From the NCBI RefSeq assembly GCF_009914755.1, contig NC_060935.1: 64,000 nucleotides of DNA; one strand, given 5' to 3'. Below the pieces are notes generated by a model. The model had not been told where the DNA came from. It made no database searches and worked only from the letters and a program-made list of their open reading frames with translations. The stretch is from the human T2T-CHM13v2.0 reference genome, Homo sapiens. Numbering within the stretch: the first letter of the stretch is position 1; each line of letters begins with the position of its first letter. Made by a program: the position numbers and the translations under genes. Positions 1 through 14,039 of the stretch are shown piece by piece.

Positions 1-93
1 ACCAGCGTGGGGCTGTAAAGAACCCTGTTTGGGTATGGGTAGGGGACATTTGGAATTAATCCGATTGCAGAACAGAAGTCACTCAGGGCTCAC

Positions 94-253
94 CTGCCAT
101 CTGTACGTAGAGGAGCAACCCAGTAAAGGGAAGAGGCTGGATTGGGTGCTGAGTCTCGGCCCCAGGGACCTGCCTTATATGAGAAGCCTCTCCGAGTGAG
201 CTGCACCACAAGGGATTTGCTAACTTCCTGGAGGCCTCCATGGGCACAAGAAG
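94..253 (-). pseudogene. OLFM5P: OLFM5P exon: start of the olfactomedin beta-propeller domain
   Basis: tttcccctag|CT TCT TGT GCC...GAT GGC AG|gtgagc. Encodes [52 protein letters not shown], compared with recalled OLFM4 [44 protein letters not shown]. Confidence 0.93.
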
Positions 254-549
254 CTAGGGGAAAAAGCAGGCAATATATAAGCCAAGTTTAAAGCACACAA
301 CCCACAGGTAGCTGAGTGTGAAAGTATAATAACCATGTGTGGGTTTGAGTGTGTATCCATGCACCTGAGTGCATATACAAGCATATCAGCAGGTTGATTT
401 TGCATAAACATAGGTTATTTTGTATGTATGATTATGGGGTGTTCATATGTCTGTGTATATGTATGCTCATGTATGAGAATATATCAATCTTGGTCTGCAT
501 TTTTCAGTGATGCACAAAACAAAAAAAATGAAAGATTTATTCTCTATCA

Positions 550-886
<337 letters not shown>

Positions 887-962
887 TTACCATAGCCAAC
901 ATGCACTCCCAACCTGGTCTCTGGAGAGATAAGACCTTGAGAAATTCAGTCTGTGCACTCAC

Positions 963-1127
963 CGGGGGGAGGGGTGGTCCAGGGTGTCCAAAGGCCTATT
1001 CTTTCTCCTTTTCTCTCTCACATTCACTTAGTTGACTCTCAAGGACATCCACCTCCTGCTGGAGAGCACCAAAGCTGCACTGGTCAGAGTCAGCCAAAAG
1101 TTTGAGTGTGAGACTGGCGTTAGTCAC
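963..1127 (-). pseudogene. OLFM5P: OLFM5P exon: end of coiled coil and Pro-rich linker, with in-frame TAG
   Basis: ccatag|GTGACTAAC...CCCCCCG|gtgagt. Encodes VTNASLTLKLLADSDQCSFGALQQEVDVLESQLSECEREKEKE*; TAG at 998-996. Confidence 0.85.
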
Positions 1128-1263
1128 CTATGGAAATGAGACGCCCGAGAAGTGGGTTGCAGAGTGTTCTTAAAAACTGAACTCTGGCTGTCATATTCCT
1201 CAACTCAGAGTTTTCTTCCCCAGAAAGAAGTAATGTTGGAAATTGTCCAATACATGAGGTTAG

Positions 1264-1920
<657 letters not shown>

Positions 1921-2290
1921 ATCAGCATGCAGGGGATGAACAGGAAGTTGCCCCAAATGTCAACACCTGTGGCTTCTCCCATTCAGTTGCATCCTCCCAG
2001 GCCAAAATTGCCCTGTTTGCATCTTCCAGTGGAACCATACCCATTAATTCATCCATTACTATGGGAGGCACCCCCTACACAAGCCTCTCTATAGTCTGTT
2101 ACTATCACTGGAGATCCCAAGGATAGTACAGAATTACCCCTTCATTCTAAAGATTCATCTCAAAGATGAGGGCTGTGCCACTTCCTTCAAACATTTTCTA
2201 CTTCCAGGACTCATCTCCATGCTGTGTCCAGTAGAGACTATGCTTGAATAACTCCTAGCCCCAGCTCCAGCCCACAGATCAAGCACTCAC

Positions 2291-2443
2291 TCTAGACAGC
2301 TTCTGCTCATACTTGCAAATGAGCTCCTGAGCTGTACTTTGTAGCTGTTCCAGCTGCTCCAGGGGGATGGGGTTGTTGGGTAGGTGAACCATACAATGGC
2401 ATGTGCCTCCTTCATCCACAGAGCTTGACACACTTCTCACCAG
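2291..2443 (-). pseudogene. OLFM5P: OLFM5P exon with the N-terminal CxC motif (51 codons)
   Basis: tttgcag|LVRSVSSSVDEGGTCHCMVHLPNNPIPLEQLEQLQSTAQELICKYEQKLSR|gtgagt, compared with OLFM4 GSVDDRGTCQCSVSLPD. Confidence 0.92.
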
Positions 2444-2703
2444 CTGCAAACCATGGCCACAGGCACAGTAAACATAATGAAGCATGTTGGAGCACCCTGG
2501 ACTGTTCGCAAACATGAAGCAAGAGAAGAGGCTGAGCCTACTTTGGAGTGCCAGAGAAGCATTGCCTCTGCCCAGGGGTTTCTTCTTGACTGTCTGTTAG
2601 GGCATCCCTCTGTTAGGGGATTGAGTTATGTTTCTCTTGATTTCCCAGAATTGAAGCTGCAGGTCCCTTCCAGAACCTACTGATGGGGCCTACCTCACCC
2701 TAC

Positions 2704-2766
2704 CTCATGCACTGGCTGGATCTGGCTGCAGTTCACACTACTGGAAGCTGATTTTTCTTCAAGGCC
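2704..2766 (-). pseudogene. OLFM5P: Probable small OLFM5P exon (21 codons, phase 0-0)
   Basis: ctctctcccacag|GLEEKSASSSVNCSQIQPVHE|gtaggg. Open and in phase with both neighbours; no homology support. Confidence 0.6.
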
Positions 2767-3496
2767 CTGTGGGAGAGAGCAAAGCTGGTCTACAGAGATG
2801 TGTTAGGGGATAGGCTTAGGAAGCCTCAGTTGTCTACAGTATCCCCACTCTAGAGATCTGGCAGATTCCTACAACTTTACCTTGTATTGAAGACAGCAGG
2901 GACAGAGAGTTGCAACTCATCAAAGGAACATTAGCAGTAACAATACCATAATGCACCAGTATGGTTGGATATTTAGCATTCACAAGACATAACAGAGGGT
3001 GAATTGTAATCCACATTTTATAGTTGAAAAACATGAGGGTCTGAGAGTCTAAAAATATTTTGCTAAGTTACATGACTAATAAGTGACAATGCTTCGAGCT
3101 TCCCCCAGGTCCCATCTTTGTTCTAGATCCTATGCTCTGGCAACTAAGGAAGTAGCAGAGATCCAAGTTATGTTGGGGTAGACATGCAGCACAGGACAAA
3201 AGGGTAAGGCTGGGAGGCAACTCCCTTGCCTCAGCTAGATAGAGAGAGAGGGAAAGTTTCTAGAGAGATGCATAATTTGATCTCTTCTCCCCTGTCATAT
3301 GCCTATCATATTACTTCCATACTCAGAGCCCAAACCCACTGATCCCATAGCCATATTTCCTGAGTTCTAATCCTGACTCTGGGACATTGGGCAAATTACT
3401 TAATTTCTCTGTGCCCCATCGTCTTAATATGTATAATGGGGGAAAATGTGGTGTTTATCTTATTGTTTTAAGAATTATAGATAGAGTTATAGAGAT

Positions 3497-3518
3497 GATA
3501 GATGATAGATAGATAGAC

Positions 3519-3560
<42 letters not shown>
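3497..3560. repeat. (GATA)n tetranucleotide STR within a MIR-like fragment
   Basis: gatagat gatagat agatagac agatagat... run. Confidence 0.95.
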
Positions 3561-3561
<1 letters not shown>

Positions 3562-4160
3562 ATATTTGTAAAGTACTTAGAACAGTGCCTGGCCTGCCTC
3601 TGTTAAGAGTCTTTATATTAGTTATATTTCTCTAAATCCATCTCTTAGTCCGATTTTGGAGCTGGATAAACCAGCACTAGATTCAATCAAGACTCCTTCC
3701 CAATTTTTTTATTGTGCATGCAACACCCACTAAGGTTTCCTTACAAAATCTTTTTGAATAAAAATGTCTGTGGCCCCTGTCCTTCTCTGAGATGTCTCAC
3801 TCATAGCTTTTCTGGCTTTGGCATCATAGCTTAATCTGGTTATGCCTTCAGCTTGCAACTCCAGCCCAATAGTTTACTTTTGAAGGATAATAAAATAAAG
3901 ATTGCATAGCCTTTTATAGCCACCATGAGCTCCTACACCCTGAGCACAGGAAGAAGGTGGCAGATTTTTGCAGAAAACAGTGCCTCATAACTGAGCAGGG
4001 AATACAGCCCAGAGTTCCTTCCTCTATTGCCTTCACCTTTGTCTTTCCTCGCTCCCCCTGTACCCATACATACAAGCAAAGGGAAAATCAGAACATGCAG
4101 GCTATCCCATCTTTCTTTTCTTCCTCCCTGTTTCTGTCTACCCTCACTCTCTCCCAAAAC

Positions 4161-4226
4161 CTGGAGGTTCTTCAACAGAATCAGAGTGGTGAAGGAAGCC
4201 AGCCCAAAGCACAAAACAATCTCCAC
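4161..4226 (-). pseudogene. OLFM5P: Probable OLFM5P first coding exon (signal-peptide-like)
   Basis: GTG-EIVLCFGLASFTTLILLKNLQ|gtttt. Hydrophobic 22-codon stretch ending in a weak phase-0 donor. Confidence 0.55.
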
Positions 4227-4550
4227 CTGCTGCTGTGATCCCTCCAACCTCTGCCTGTACCCGAGACTCTTCCTGGGAGCACCAGGGGCAGCAGCTGTAG
4301 AGTGGTCAGAAGAGCTGCAACAGGTGGCATCTTGCATCAACTACAAGAGCGCAGTAAGTACTTGGGGCTCCCCTGGGCTTTTATTTCTGTGTAAGTAAAT
4401 AGTCTCAGTAGGAGGGATATACATTTTGACATTTGAAAGGGCCGAGAGGATGAAGGGGGTGTGGAGAGGGTATGGAAAGGTGGAGAAGAGGGTTGAGACA
4501 GACTGGTGCCTCTAAACATGGTGGTAGTGAGTTTATTATGATAAACAGGG

Positions 4551-4610
4551 TCTTCCGCATCCATCCCTAGGCTTAGATCTTCCGCATCCATCCCTAGGCT
4601 TAGATCTTCC
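4551..4610. repeat. Perfect 27-bp tandem duplication
   Basis: tcttccgcatccatccctaggcttaga twice, plus tcttcc. Confidence 0.95.
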
Positions 4611-6594
4611 TCCACCCTGCTGGGCCCCCTTGTCTAAACAGATTAAGGTAAACCTGAAACATCCTGCAGGGGCCCTGGGATGGGTCCCTTTCAGGAGTGA
4701 TTATGGTGTTTCCCTCAACTTTGACAAAGGGAAGCCTCAAGAAGGAAATGCAATTCTATCTGTTCAATCTCAAGAACAGAAGCATTTACTTAACTGGGTG
4801 CACTTGGATGAGGGCCAAAGTGTATATCTGGGGGGATCACTTCAGCGACACTGTACTGGACTCCTCCGTTATATATCTTCCTTCACCCCGAGGAGTTTGC
4901 CTCCTGCACTATGCCAGGTACTGTAAACTATTACATCCATTCCACTATTTAAACGCTTCCCCCAGTTCCTCTGGTCTTAATGCCAGCTGCCTCTACTGCC
5001 TGTCCATCAAGAAAGCTCCCTCCCAATATTTCCTAACCTGCCACATGATGCTGTGGAGCCTCAAGTCTTCTGGCCTCTGAACTGCCGTTATCCCTATAGA
5101 AAAGGAAGAGTGTAGTTCCTGAGCCTGGAGAAGGAGTCGCAAAGCTCAGTGCTCTTAGTGCCAGCCACCCAAAAGTATTCTCTTTTCTTCTGCTATCTCT
5201 CTTGAGTATTTCTCAGACAGTGGGGATTCTCACATTTGCCCAAGTGCCTAGGAGAATGTCAGATTTCCTATGAAGAGTGTGTTGCCCCATTTTTCCATTG
5301 AGGAATTTTGTCTCTGTAGCTCTACTACCTCTATCCTTTATTGTTTCTTTATCTTTCACAGACCCTTAACTTTAGATTATAGGCTGCTTAGTATAAAGAT
5401 CCTCTGCTTACTCATCTCATCCTTTAGAATCCTTGCCCTGGCATATACCTAGTAGAGAAAGGTATATGAAACTGCGACTTCCCTTCTGGGAAAAGATTTG
5501 AGAAGTTTTGTGGATGTACAACTCCAGGAAGACATGCCCAGAGCTTTGTTGGACAATCCTTGCTGAGAGGTCATATCCTTTTCTTACTTTACAGATTCTC
5601 ACCCTCTTACTCCATGCTCAAGGCCAGAGATCCATTCTTCATTAGCTTCTCTAGCCTGGCCTTGCCTTAGCCATGGGGTCCAGAGGAGCACAGAAGTTAG
5701 GATGATAAGAGAGGAATAGGTTGGGAAACCTAAGCTGCATGAAGCAAGAAACCTGTCTGGGATCAATATCCAGATGAGTGACAGTAGAACTAAGGCATCT
5801 TATGGAAGAAGGAATGTAGGAAAGGAAAAACGAAAGAGCATGAAGATAGAGCATGAAGCATAACAACTGCTGCTGGAGTTGTCGTCCCCATATTTTGCCG
5901 TCTACAAATAGCCATTAGCACAAGTTGAAAAACACAAGAGTAGCCTTAGTATCTGATTAACGTAGGGAAAGAGCTTAGGGAGGAAGCCACAGTATTGTGC
6001 ACTCTCTTCCCATCCAAAGCCAACAGGTCTTCCAAGCTCTAGGTATTATCACCAAGGTCAGAAACCATGTCCATTTCCAGAGCTGTGCTCTATTTTATTC
6101 ACATCATGCCATTTCCCCAGCTCCTCCTGACTTCATCCCCTTAGCAAATAGAGTTCCTGCTTAGTGTCAGACATTGTACAAGGGACCCAACTCAGAGACA
6201 TGTTTCATTCATCTTGTTTTGGCTGGATAAACTGATGGAGAAAAGATAAGATCCTAGTCCTCAGGACGTGTCCTAGACCTCCTAGACTGTCACAGTCTAG
6301 GACCAACCACTTCTATACGTGTGTAATCCCTCTATGGGGATCAATACAGACTTAGAAATATCAGGCATAGAGTGGGCACTGTAGAGCTGGGCAGAGAGAG
6401 GTCAGTTCAGTATATTCTGCCTACATAATGGGTGATAAAATAGGGCTGGAGTGAGCATAGGGCCACCTGACGGCAGACAATGGAGATGCTTTAGTCAGAG
6501 CTCTACCCAGATTGGTCCTGCAGCATCACTTGGTCATCTGGGCAGGCACGCTGAAGAAAATAGGGATCACATTTATTCCTGTGGGGAGGCCCTC

Positions 6595-7579
6595 TCAGGG
6601 CCAACCTTCTTCACTGCTCCTGCCCAGAAAAGTTGAAGCAAGTTCCTGAGCCTCTGAGCTCTGCTGAGTCTGCACTCCATAGACCACAGGATTGAAAGCT
6701 GGGAACACCACTGCGTAGAGGTTAGCCAGTAGGATGTGAATATGGTTGGGCACTGTGTGACACCCAAAACAGTGAGCAAGGAAGGAGAAGAGGGCAGGTG
6801 TGTAGAAGAGACCAATGATGCTAGCATAGGTCCCGCAGTTACCCAGAGCCTTGTGGCAGGCAACATGGGATGGCAGACGGCAGACAGCACGGAAAATGAG
6901 GGCATAGGAAGCACCTATGAGCCCTAGGTCCAGGGCTGGGGAGAGCAGTGTGGTGGCCAGTCCATACCAGATGATGGGGCACGTATCTCCACATGCCAGG
7001 CAAGCCACACCCATGTGTTCGCAGTAGGTGTGGGGCAGGGCCCGCTGTCCACAGTAAGGCAGTTTCTTGAACAGGATCACAGGGTGTACATGACACAGAC
7101 ATCACGGGTCATGGTAGCCAGAGCCACTAGACCTACCACAAACTGGGCCAGCAACGCCCCATAGCGCAAAGGCTGGCAGTCTACGGCCGTGGACAGCAGC
7201 ACTGAGGACTCAGCAATGTGGCAATGATTGACACATGGGCAACAAAGAGTTGAGCCAAGCAGCCTCCAAATGATATCTCACTAGACAAGCCCCAAAGTAC
7301 AGCCAGAGCTTTGGGCACTGTGGATGTGGCCAGAACAAAATCAGCAGCTGCCAGAAGCCACAGCAGCTGGTACATGGGTGCCCAGAGTGCCTTGTCAGCG
7401 ACCACCAGCCCCACTAGAAGGGCATTCCCTACCAAAGCTGCCATGTAGAGCAGGCACACAGGCACAGAGAGCCAGGCATGCAGAGCCTCCAGTCCCGGCA
7501 TCCCCAGCAGGACAAAGGACCCAGACCCAGAGATCAGCAAGTTCTGACTGAAAGCTGGCAGTGCAGGATCCAGCCCCAT
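6595..7579 (-). pseudogene. OR52V1P: Olfactory receptor family 52 pseudogene
   Basis: Motifs GMPGLE, PMY, HTYCEHMGVA and NPVVYGV. Frameshifts near 7225 and 7082; RYVAI of the DRY motif is deleted. Symbol is from recalled gene order. Confidence 0.9.
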
Positions 7580-8436
7580 CTCCTGCCTCCATCTGGCTGT
7601 GTCCCTGCAGGATATAAATGGGGCCTGTGAGAGGCAACCAGCAATTGTACAGAGATTTTAGATGAGTGAGGGTGACGCTAGGGCTTAGGATGCTAGAGCA
7701 TTTGCCAAATGCCCTCTCTGTGGGAGGCACTTTTCTGAGGATTCAGCATATAGTGAACTATGAATTCCCTAACAGTCTAGTTTGTTTGCTAACATTGCCA
7801 TATGACAGATCAAAGAATTTTGTTCCTGAGAGGTTAATAAACTTACTCTAGGTCACACAGCTGGTAAACAAAAGAGCTAGGATTTGAATCTAAATTCATC
7901 TGACTAAAGGCCATATTCTTCTAACAGCCCTCTCCTCTGGATATAATGTCCCTTCATCAGCCCAGGCACAAGGAGACATTGGGGTATGTTTTTACTAATC
8001 ACTTGTGCCAGAGGAAGTAATTCGTGTTCTCTACACCAAATCCTTCCAACTACAGTACAGCCTCTGTGTTCCCTCCACCCTAGGAAATATGTAAGCCAGG
8101 AGGAAGGAAACATATTAATAGAATGGCTATTTTCTACTCCATTCACTGACAGATGCTCAAAGCTCCTGTTTCATGATCCATTTCCAGAAGCCACTTTTTA
8201 AGCTCAGACCCCAAACTCTCCAAAACATTTCATTCCTCCCAGTCTGTCTAGTACATTTTTCCATCTGCTCATGGCTTCTGACACCTCTTTCTCCAGCTCT
8301 GGTCCACAAGAGCTCTAGGCATCTGGTTGATGGAACTTAATTTGTTCTATAACCAGTATGATTATCCATCCCTTGACTCAACTTTGTGGTTCTTCTTTCC
8401 TCCACCCTTTTTCCATGAGAAGATACGTTGGGTTCC

Positions 8437-8625
8437 CCACACTGGGGCCCTTTAGAGGGTGAAGGGTGGGAGGAGGGAGGGATCAGGAAAAATAACTAAT
8501 GGGTACTAGGCTTAATAGCTGGGTGATGAAATGATCTGCACAACAAAACCCATGACACAAGTTTACCTATGTAACAAACTTACACTTGCACCCCTGAATT
8601 TTAAAAGTTAAAAAAGAAGAAAAAT
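8437..8625 (+). mobile_element. L1 3'-end fragment
   Basis: acactggggcc...gggtactaggcttaat...gtttacctatgtaacaaac...A-rich tail. Confidence 0.85.
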
Positions 8626-9096
8626 ATATGTTGGGTTCTATGGAACTCAGTCTGAGAAAATCCGAGGCCACTAAGGACGTAGAGGAGCATCAGGGCGGGG
8701 CTGCAGTGCAAGGGACTGGGATTAGATACCATGGTGACAGTGCAACTGATGGTCCAGTGAAAGTGGTAATGGGAGGAGGCAAGGGAACACTTTGCTTACC
8801 TGGATTTAAGTGGACAAATAACAGCCTGAAAGAAAGCTCTAAGCTAAGGTGGGCTTTCCATGCTCCACCTGAGGACCAGAGTTGTCTCCCTGAACCTGGT
8901 GAGAGATAGAACCTGATATCCTAACCTGTCCTGGAGACTGAGGAACCCGGCAGGTGAGCAGAAACTAGAATGTCTGGCCCTGCGTGAGATCTCAAGCTTC
9001 CCATGCAGCCCCCTCGGCAGCACTGCCTCCTGGAGCTTCTCTCACATCCCCACACCCTGACTCCTGCAGGGCAGAGACAGGCAATAAAGCAGACCA

Positions 9097-9433
<337 letters not shown>

Positions 9434-10310
9434 TCATATTGCCTTAGGAGCCAGAACTTCCTTCTGAAGGATGAGGCTTTGTCAAGTTGCAGAGCTTGAC
9501 CCTACCCCCCTCAAAATGGGGCCCTAATGGCTTCTCTGGACCCTGGGAACATCCTGCCAGGGCCCAACTTACCACAAGGCAGGCCTAGTCTTTACAATGC
9601 AAGAAGGGTGTCAACTGTCTCAGGATCTGGGAACGTCTCTCCCAAAACCACAGGGCATGCACAACACGTACCTTAAGAAGACACTTAAGAAACACAAGAA
9701 ATTCTTGTACTCAAGTTGTGGGCTTTACTAGCACACTACCTCTTGAACAAGTTTCAGGGACAACTCCCCCAGATCATCCATGTCCACAACAAATATTTCT
9801 CTTTCCATTTCCTCCCATAAGCTACATAAAGGGTAGGAAGAGGAAGCTGAGGATCCCTTTGCACCCGGACTCTCCCACCTCAGCCTCTGCCCTGTATCTT
9901 GTTCTTAGCAGGAATAGCCGCACCCTTCTCATCTGCCACCTGCGTGTTCTGCTCTCTCGTCTTCCCAGCCCCTGGCCCCATATCCTAGCCACATCAGCTC
10001 AGCTTCTTCTGCAAGTTGAGAGTTTAGCAAAGGACATGCAGAGGGAGAAGTAAAGTGGCATCTCTATTCTGCCTGAGTTTCCATGCACTGGCCTGGCTCT
10101 GGGCTGGATGTGGCTCAGAGTTCTGGAGCATCTTATTGGGGGTGATGCTACTGCAGAGACATTACACTATCTTGTGCTTCTTTCTAGGATCAGGAAACCC
10201 ATGTGTAAAAAGGAAAATGTTACATAGATCTGGGGTTAGGAACCAGATTTTCTGAATGCTAGTCCGAGATTGTTTCTTCTCCCTCATTCTTAGCGTTGTT
10301 CCTCTCTTGA

Positions 10311-10802
10311 CGCAGCAGGATAATTTAGGAATCAGAGAGACCGAGGGGTTGAGGAGGATACTTATTATTTATTATTTAGGTGCACCAGCCCAGTCAGATT
10401 AACATCCAAAAAGACTGAGTCCCGAACAAAGAGTCTGGTTACCTTTTAAGCATTTTTTGGGGCAGGGGGAGATCTGTGCAGGGGGAAGCATATTATAGAA
10501 GCAAAAAACAAAAATAGTTATTCAGTTGAGACATGCATTACATCATTTGTTACTTTTCAAGGAAAAACATGTCTTACGACTTGAGTTTATCTGCCTAGTG
10601 TCCTTGCAGCTGCACAGCTAGAGAAACAGGGTCTTCACAATGCCTGGGAAAGGGAGAGATAAGGCTCACTAGCCACAGAAAAACAGGCAGTTACTTTTTA
10701 AGGGACTTCAGCTCTTTCTCTTCCTCAGGGGGAATTGGGTTTTCTTACATACAACTGGGTTTTTGCTTACACATTCTTTAATTTCTTTTAATTCCTGTTT
10801 CA
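10311..10802 (-). mobile_element. Solo ERV1-class LTR (LTR15-like by recall)
   Basis: Minus strand begins TGAAACAGGAATTAAAAGAAATTAAAG; about 492 bp; 4-bp TSD ttga at 10307-10310 and 10803-10806. Confidence 0.85.
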
Positions 10803-11469
10803 TTGACAGTAGTTTTCTTCTTGCTGGAAGGAGCTGCCTGTGCCACTCACCCAGATTCTAAAGCTCCATTTCTTTCTGGGTTTCCATTCCTACTCTAAGG
10901 GTGTGCTTGTCCTGACTTTATTCATACACGCATGCTCCTAGGGGCCTCAGTGGTGCAGAGACCTGCACAAACCACCTTCAGACTGAGACTGTTACCATAC
11001 GATTCCAGGGTAGAGCTCCCCCCATAGGGTTCCAGGCTAGAGCTCACACTGAGGTCACCACCTCCCTCATCTTTGTTCTGTTGATCCTTCTCAGGGTGAC
11101 CCTGGCTCCTAGGGCCCATTCTGCTAAGAGGGGTTCACATACTACAATTTGTCTAAGAGGCTTGAGGGACAAGGCATCCCCTCCAGGTTAGAGAAGAACA
11201 TCAAGATACATATTAAGTGCAGATGGATGCTCTAGAGAAAAAAAAAGGGCCATAGTATCAGTTCAAGAAATGAATTTGAACACCCTATGTTCAGTGTAGG
11301 TGGTGCTGTGTGATATGGGATGGATAAATTAACAACTTAGAACCATCGTTTAATCAGAATACATGGTCGTTACCCTGATTTTGGAAGATAGAGGTGAAAG
11401 GGAAACAGCAAAATGCTACATTTTTTCCTATTCCTGTTTATTCCCACTTCAGCACAGGCGTAAAATCCA

Positions 11470-11730
11470 GGGCAGACTCTAAAGTCAGATCATCTAGGTT
11501 CAAATCCTAGATCTGCCACATATAAACTGTGCGACTTTGGACAAAATTCTCAACTTCTTTGTGCCTCAATCTCCTTATCTCTAAATTTGGTATAAAAACA
11601 AATGCATCTGCTTTATATGGAACATTGTAAGGATTAAATAAAATGACATATGTAAAACAATTACATAGGACACAACAGTGCCTGTAACACAGTAAATGTC
11701 CAGCACATTAAATGTTATCATTATTATCAT
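11470..11730 (+). mobile_element. MIR
   Basis: ggttcaaatcctagatctgccac...gtgcctcaatctcc...aggattaaataaaat MIR core. Confidence 0.8.
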
Positions 11731-11815
11731 TAGCAGTGTTCTATCACTCCTTGAATTCATCCCTTTAAAGCCTCCTTCCACTGCATTCTTAATTCTCAGT
11801 TTCATAATCTGATAG

Positions 11816-12119
<304 letters not shown>

Positions 12120-14039
12120 TTAGTCTTTTAATATATCTTAATTTTTTTAAGATGATTTGGGAACTGAACTAGAATATTTGGAAGCAGAATAGTCCCAACT
12201 TCAAAAAAATGGTTGAAAGGCAAGATGAAAGATTCAGTTTGATCAAAAAAAGAACTTTCTTTGCCAGTAGAGCCACAGGAATTAGTCTGGTTAAAAGACT
12301 ACTTCTAAATGAAATGGGAAATGTGGTGTCATTGTTCCCAAGCCCCAGCTTTCTACATCACTCTGACCTGGGATGAGGGAGAGGTGACACCTCAGCCCCA
12401 GTTCTCAAGCTTAATTTCTGCACTCGTCCTCAACTACATGCTCTCTTTTGCACTCCAAAGTTGCTCTCTGAAAAAAAGTCTGAGAAACTCATTTTCATCA
12501 GTTCAGAGAGGTTTCCTGGGACATTTCCTGGGGTTTTGGCACGTTTAACCTTCAGTGTTTGGCTCAATGTGGAACAAATCCAGTGGGGTTAGCTGAAGAG
12601 ACTTTGCAGAAGCCCCAAACTGTGTTTAGGGTGTAACGGGTCTTGGCTGAGGAATTCCTGTTGCTGCTGGGACAGGGGCTTCTCACCTCTCTGCTGTTGG
12701 AGGTGAGATTAAAAACGAGGAATGAGCATCCCGTCTCCATCCATCCAATCCTGCTTCAGTCCCTACTGCCTCAACATCGCCATTCAGCTAATAGAGCACC
12801 TGGGAACTAAGGCACTCCAAGATGCTCCTTTGGAAAGGCTGAGAGAAGGCAAATATGGGTGAGAAGAATTTATGGGTCTCTTCTGTGAGCACTTCAGAGG
12901 GGATGGACTCTGAGCCCCAGGCAGATTGATGATCTGCTAGTCTCAGCTGTGAACTGTTAATGAGGAATTAGCAGACAGTTGAAGTTACATCTCTGTGGAT
13001 TTTTCTGGACTCCAGATTTACAATGCCTGGCATTCTCAGGACCTGGGGAAAAGTGGAGACCGATCAGCGAGGTCTTTGCAGAACCACTGGATGGGGCAGC
13101 AGCAAACTCAAATATACAAGTGCTTTGTTGTAAACAAATGACAAACCAAGTCACCATCCAGAAATTGACAGCTGTCATTCTTTAGTATTGTTTCTGCCTC
13201 TTAGCTGTATAAAGAGGCAAAGCAGCTTGGTGGAAAGAGTGTAGACTTTTGAATAATGCTGCGCTACTGTGTTTTTTACAGGGACAAAACTCAGTGCAGA
13301 AGAGCCCTCTTGAGCACTCTCCTTAACTCTTCTACACTGAGTTTTTTCCCTGTACAATGAAGATTAGGCTATCTTCCCCAAAAAGTGGTTGTAAAGATTA
13401 GTGTAACATTCATAAAGCACCTATTGGGGTCCCTTGAGCTCAGTAGAATTGACACAACATTATACAAGGTAAGTGACTTAGAGTCAGTTAGAAGACACAC
13501 TCTGCCTATCTGAGATGCCTGCTGGAGCCACACAGAGAAACTGTTTCTCCCTTATACACATTACTGTTTTCACAATACCTTCCCTTCCTCAAAAAAATGC
13601 ACACTCTCCCATTTAGGGCAATATAGTAGAATGTAGTAATGGCAACTCTTTCACAATCACCCATGGTTTATGTTTGTTTTTAGTCCTTAGTTCGAATGAA
13701 CTTCTTTGTATACAATCACAGAACAAATTCACAACTTATGAAAAGCAACAACAAACATATTATTATAAAGTCGTGGTCATGTGTTTTGATATTCCAGAAT
13801 AGTACATTAACCCCCTCTCATATTGAGCTTTTCCAAGTGGTAATTATGGTGTGGCCCAATAAACAACAACCAGCCCACTGTTCAAATGTCATGACTTAGT
13901 TCTGGCCTTCCTCAGTGAGGAATCCAGCATTCACTCCCTCTTGTTACTGGTAGCCTCTACCCAGAAGAGGTTGCCCATTTTCCAACAACATAACTTTGCA
14001 TATTTAGAAACTAGTTAATGATAAGGAAGTCCAACTCAC

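Noticed and set aside
4551-4610. Direct repeats as a CRISPR-like array
   Set aside because: Two adjacent copies with no spacers, in a eukaryotic genome.
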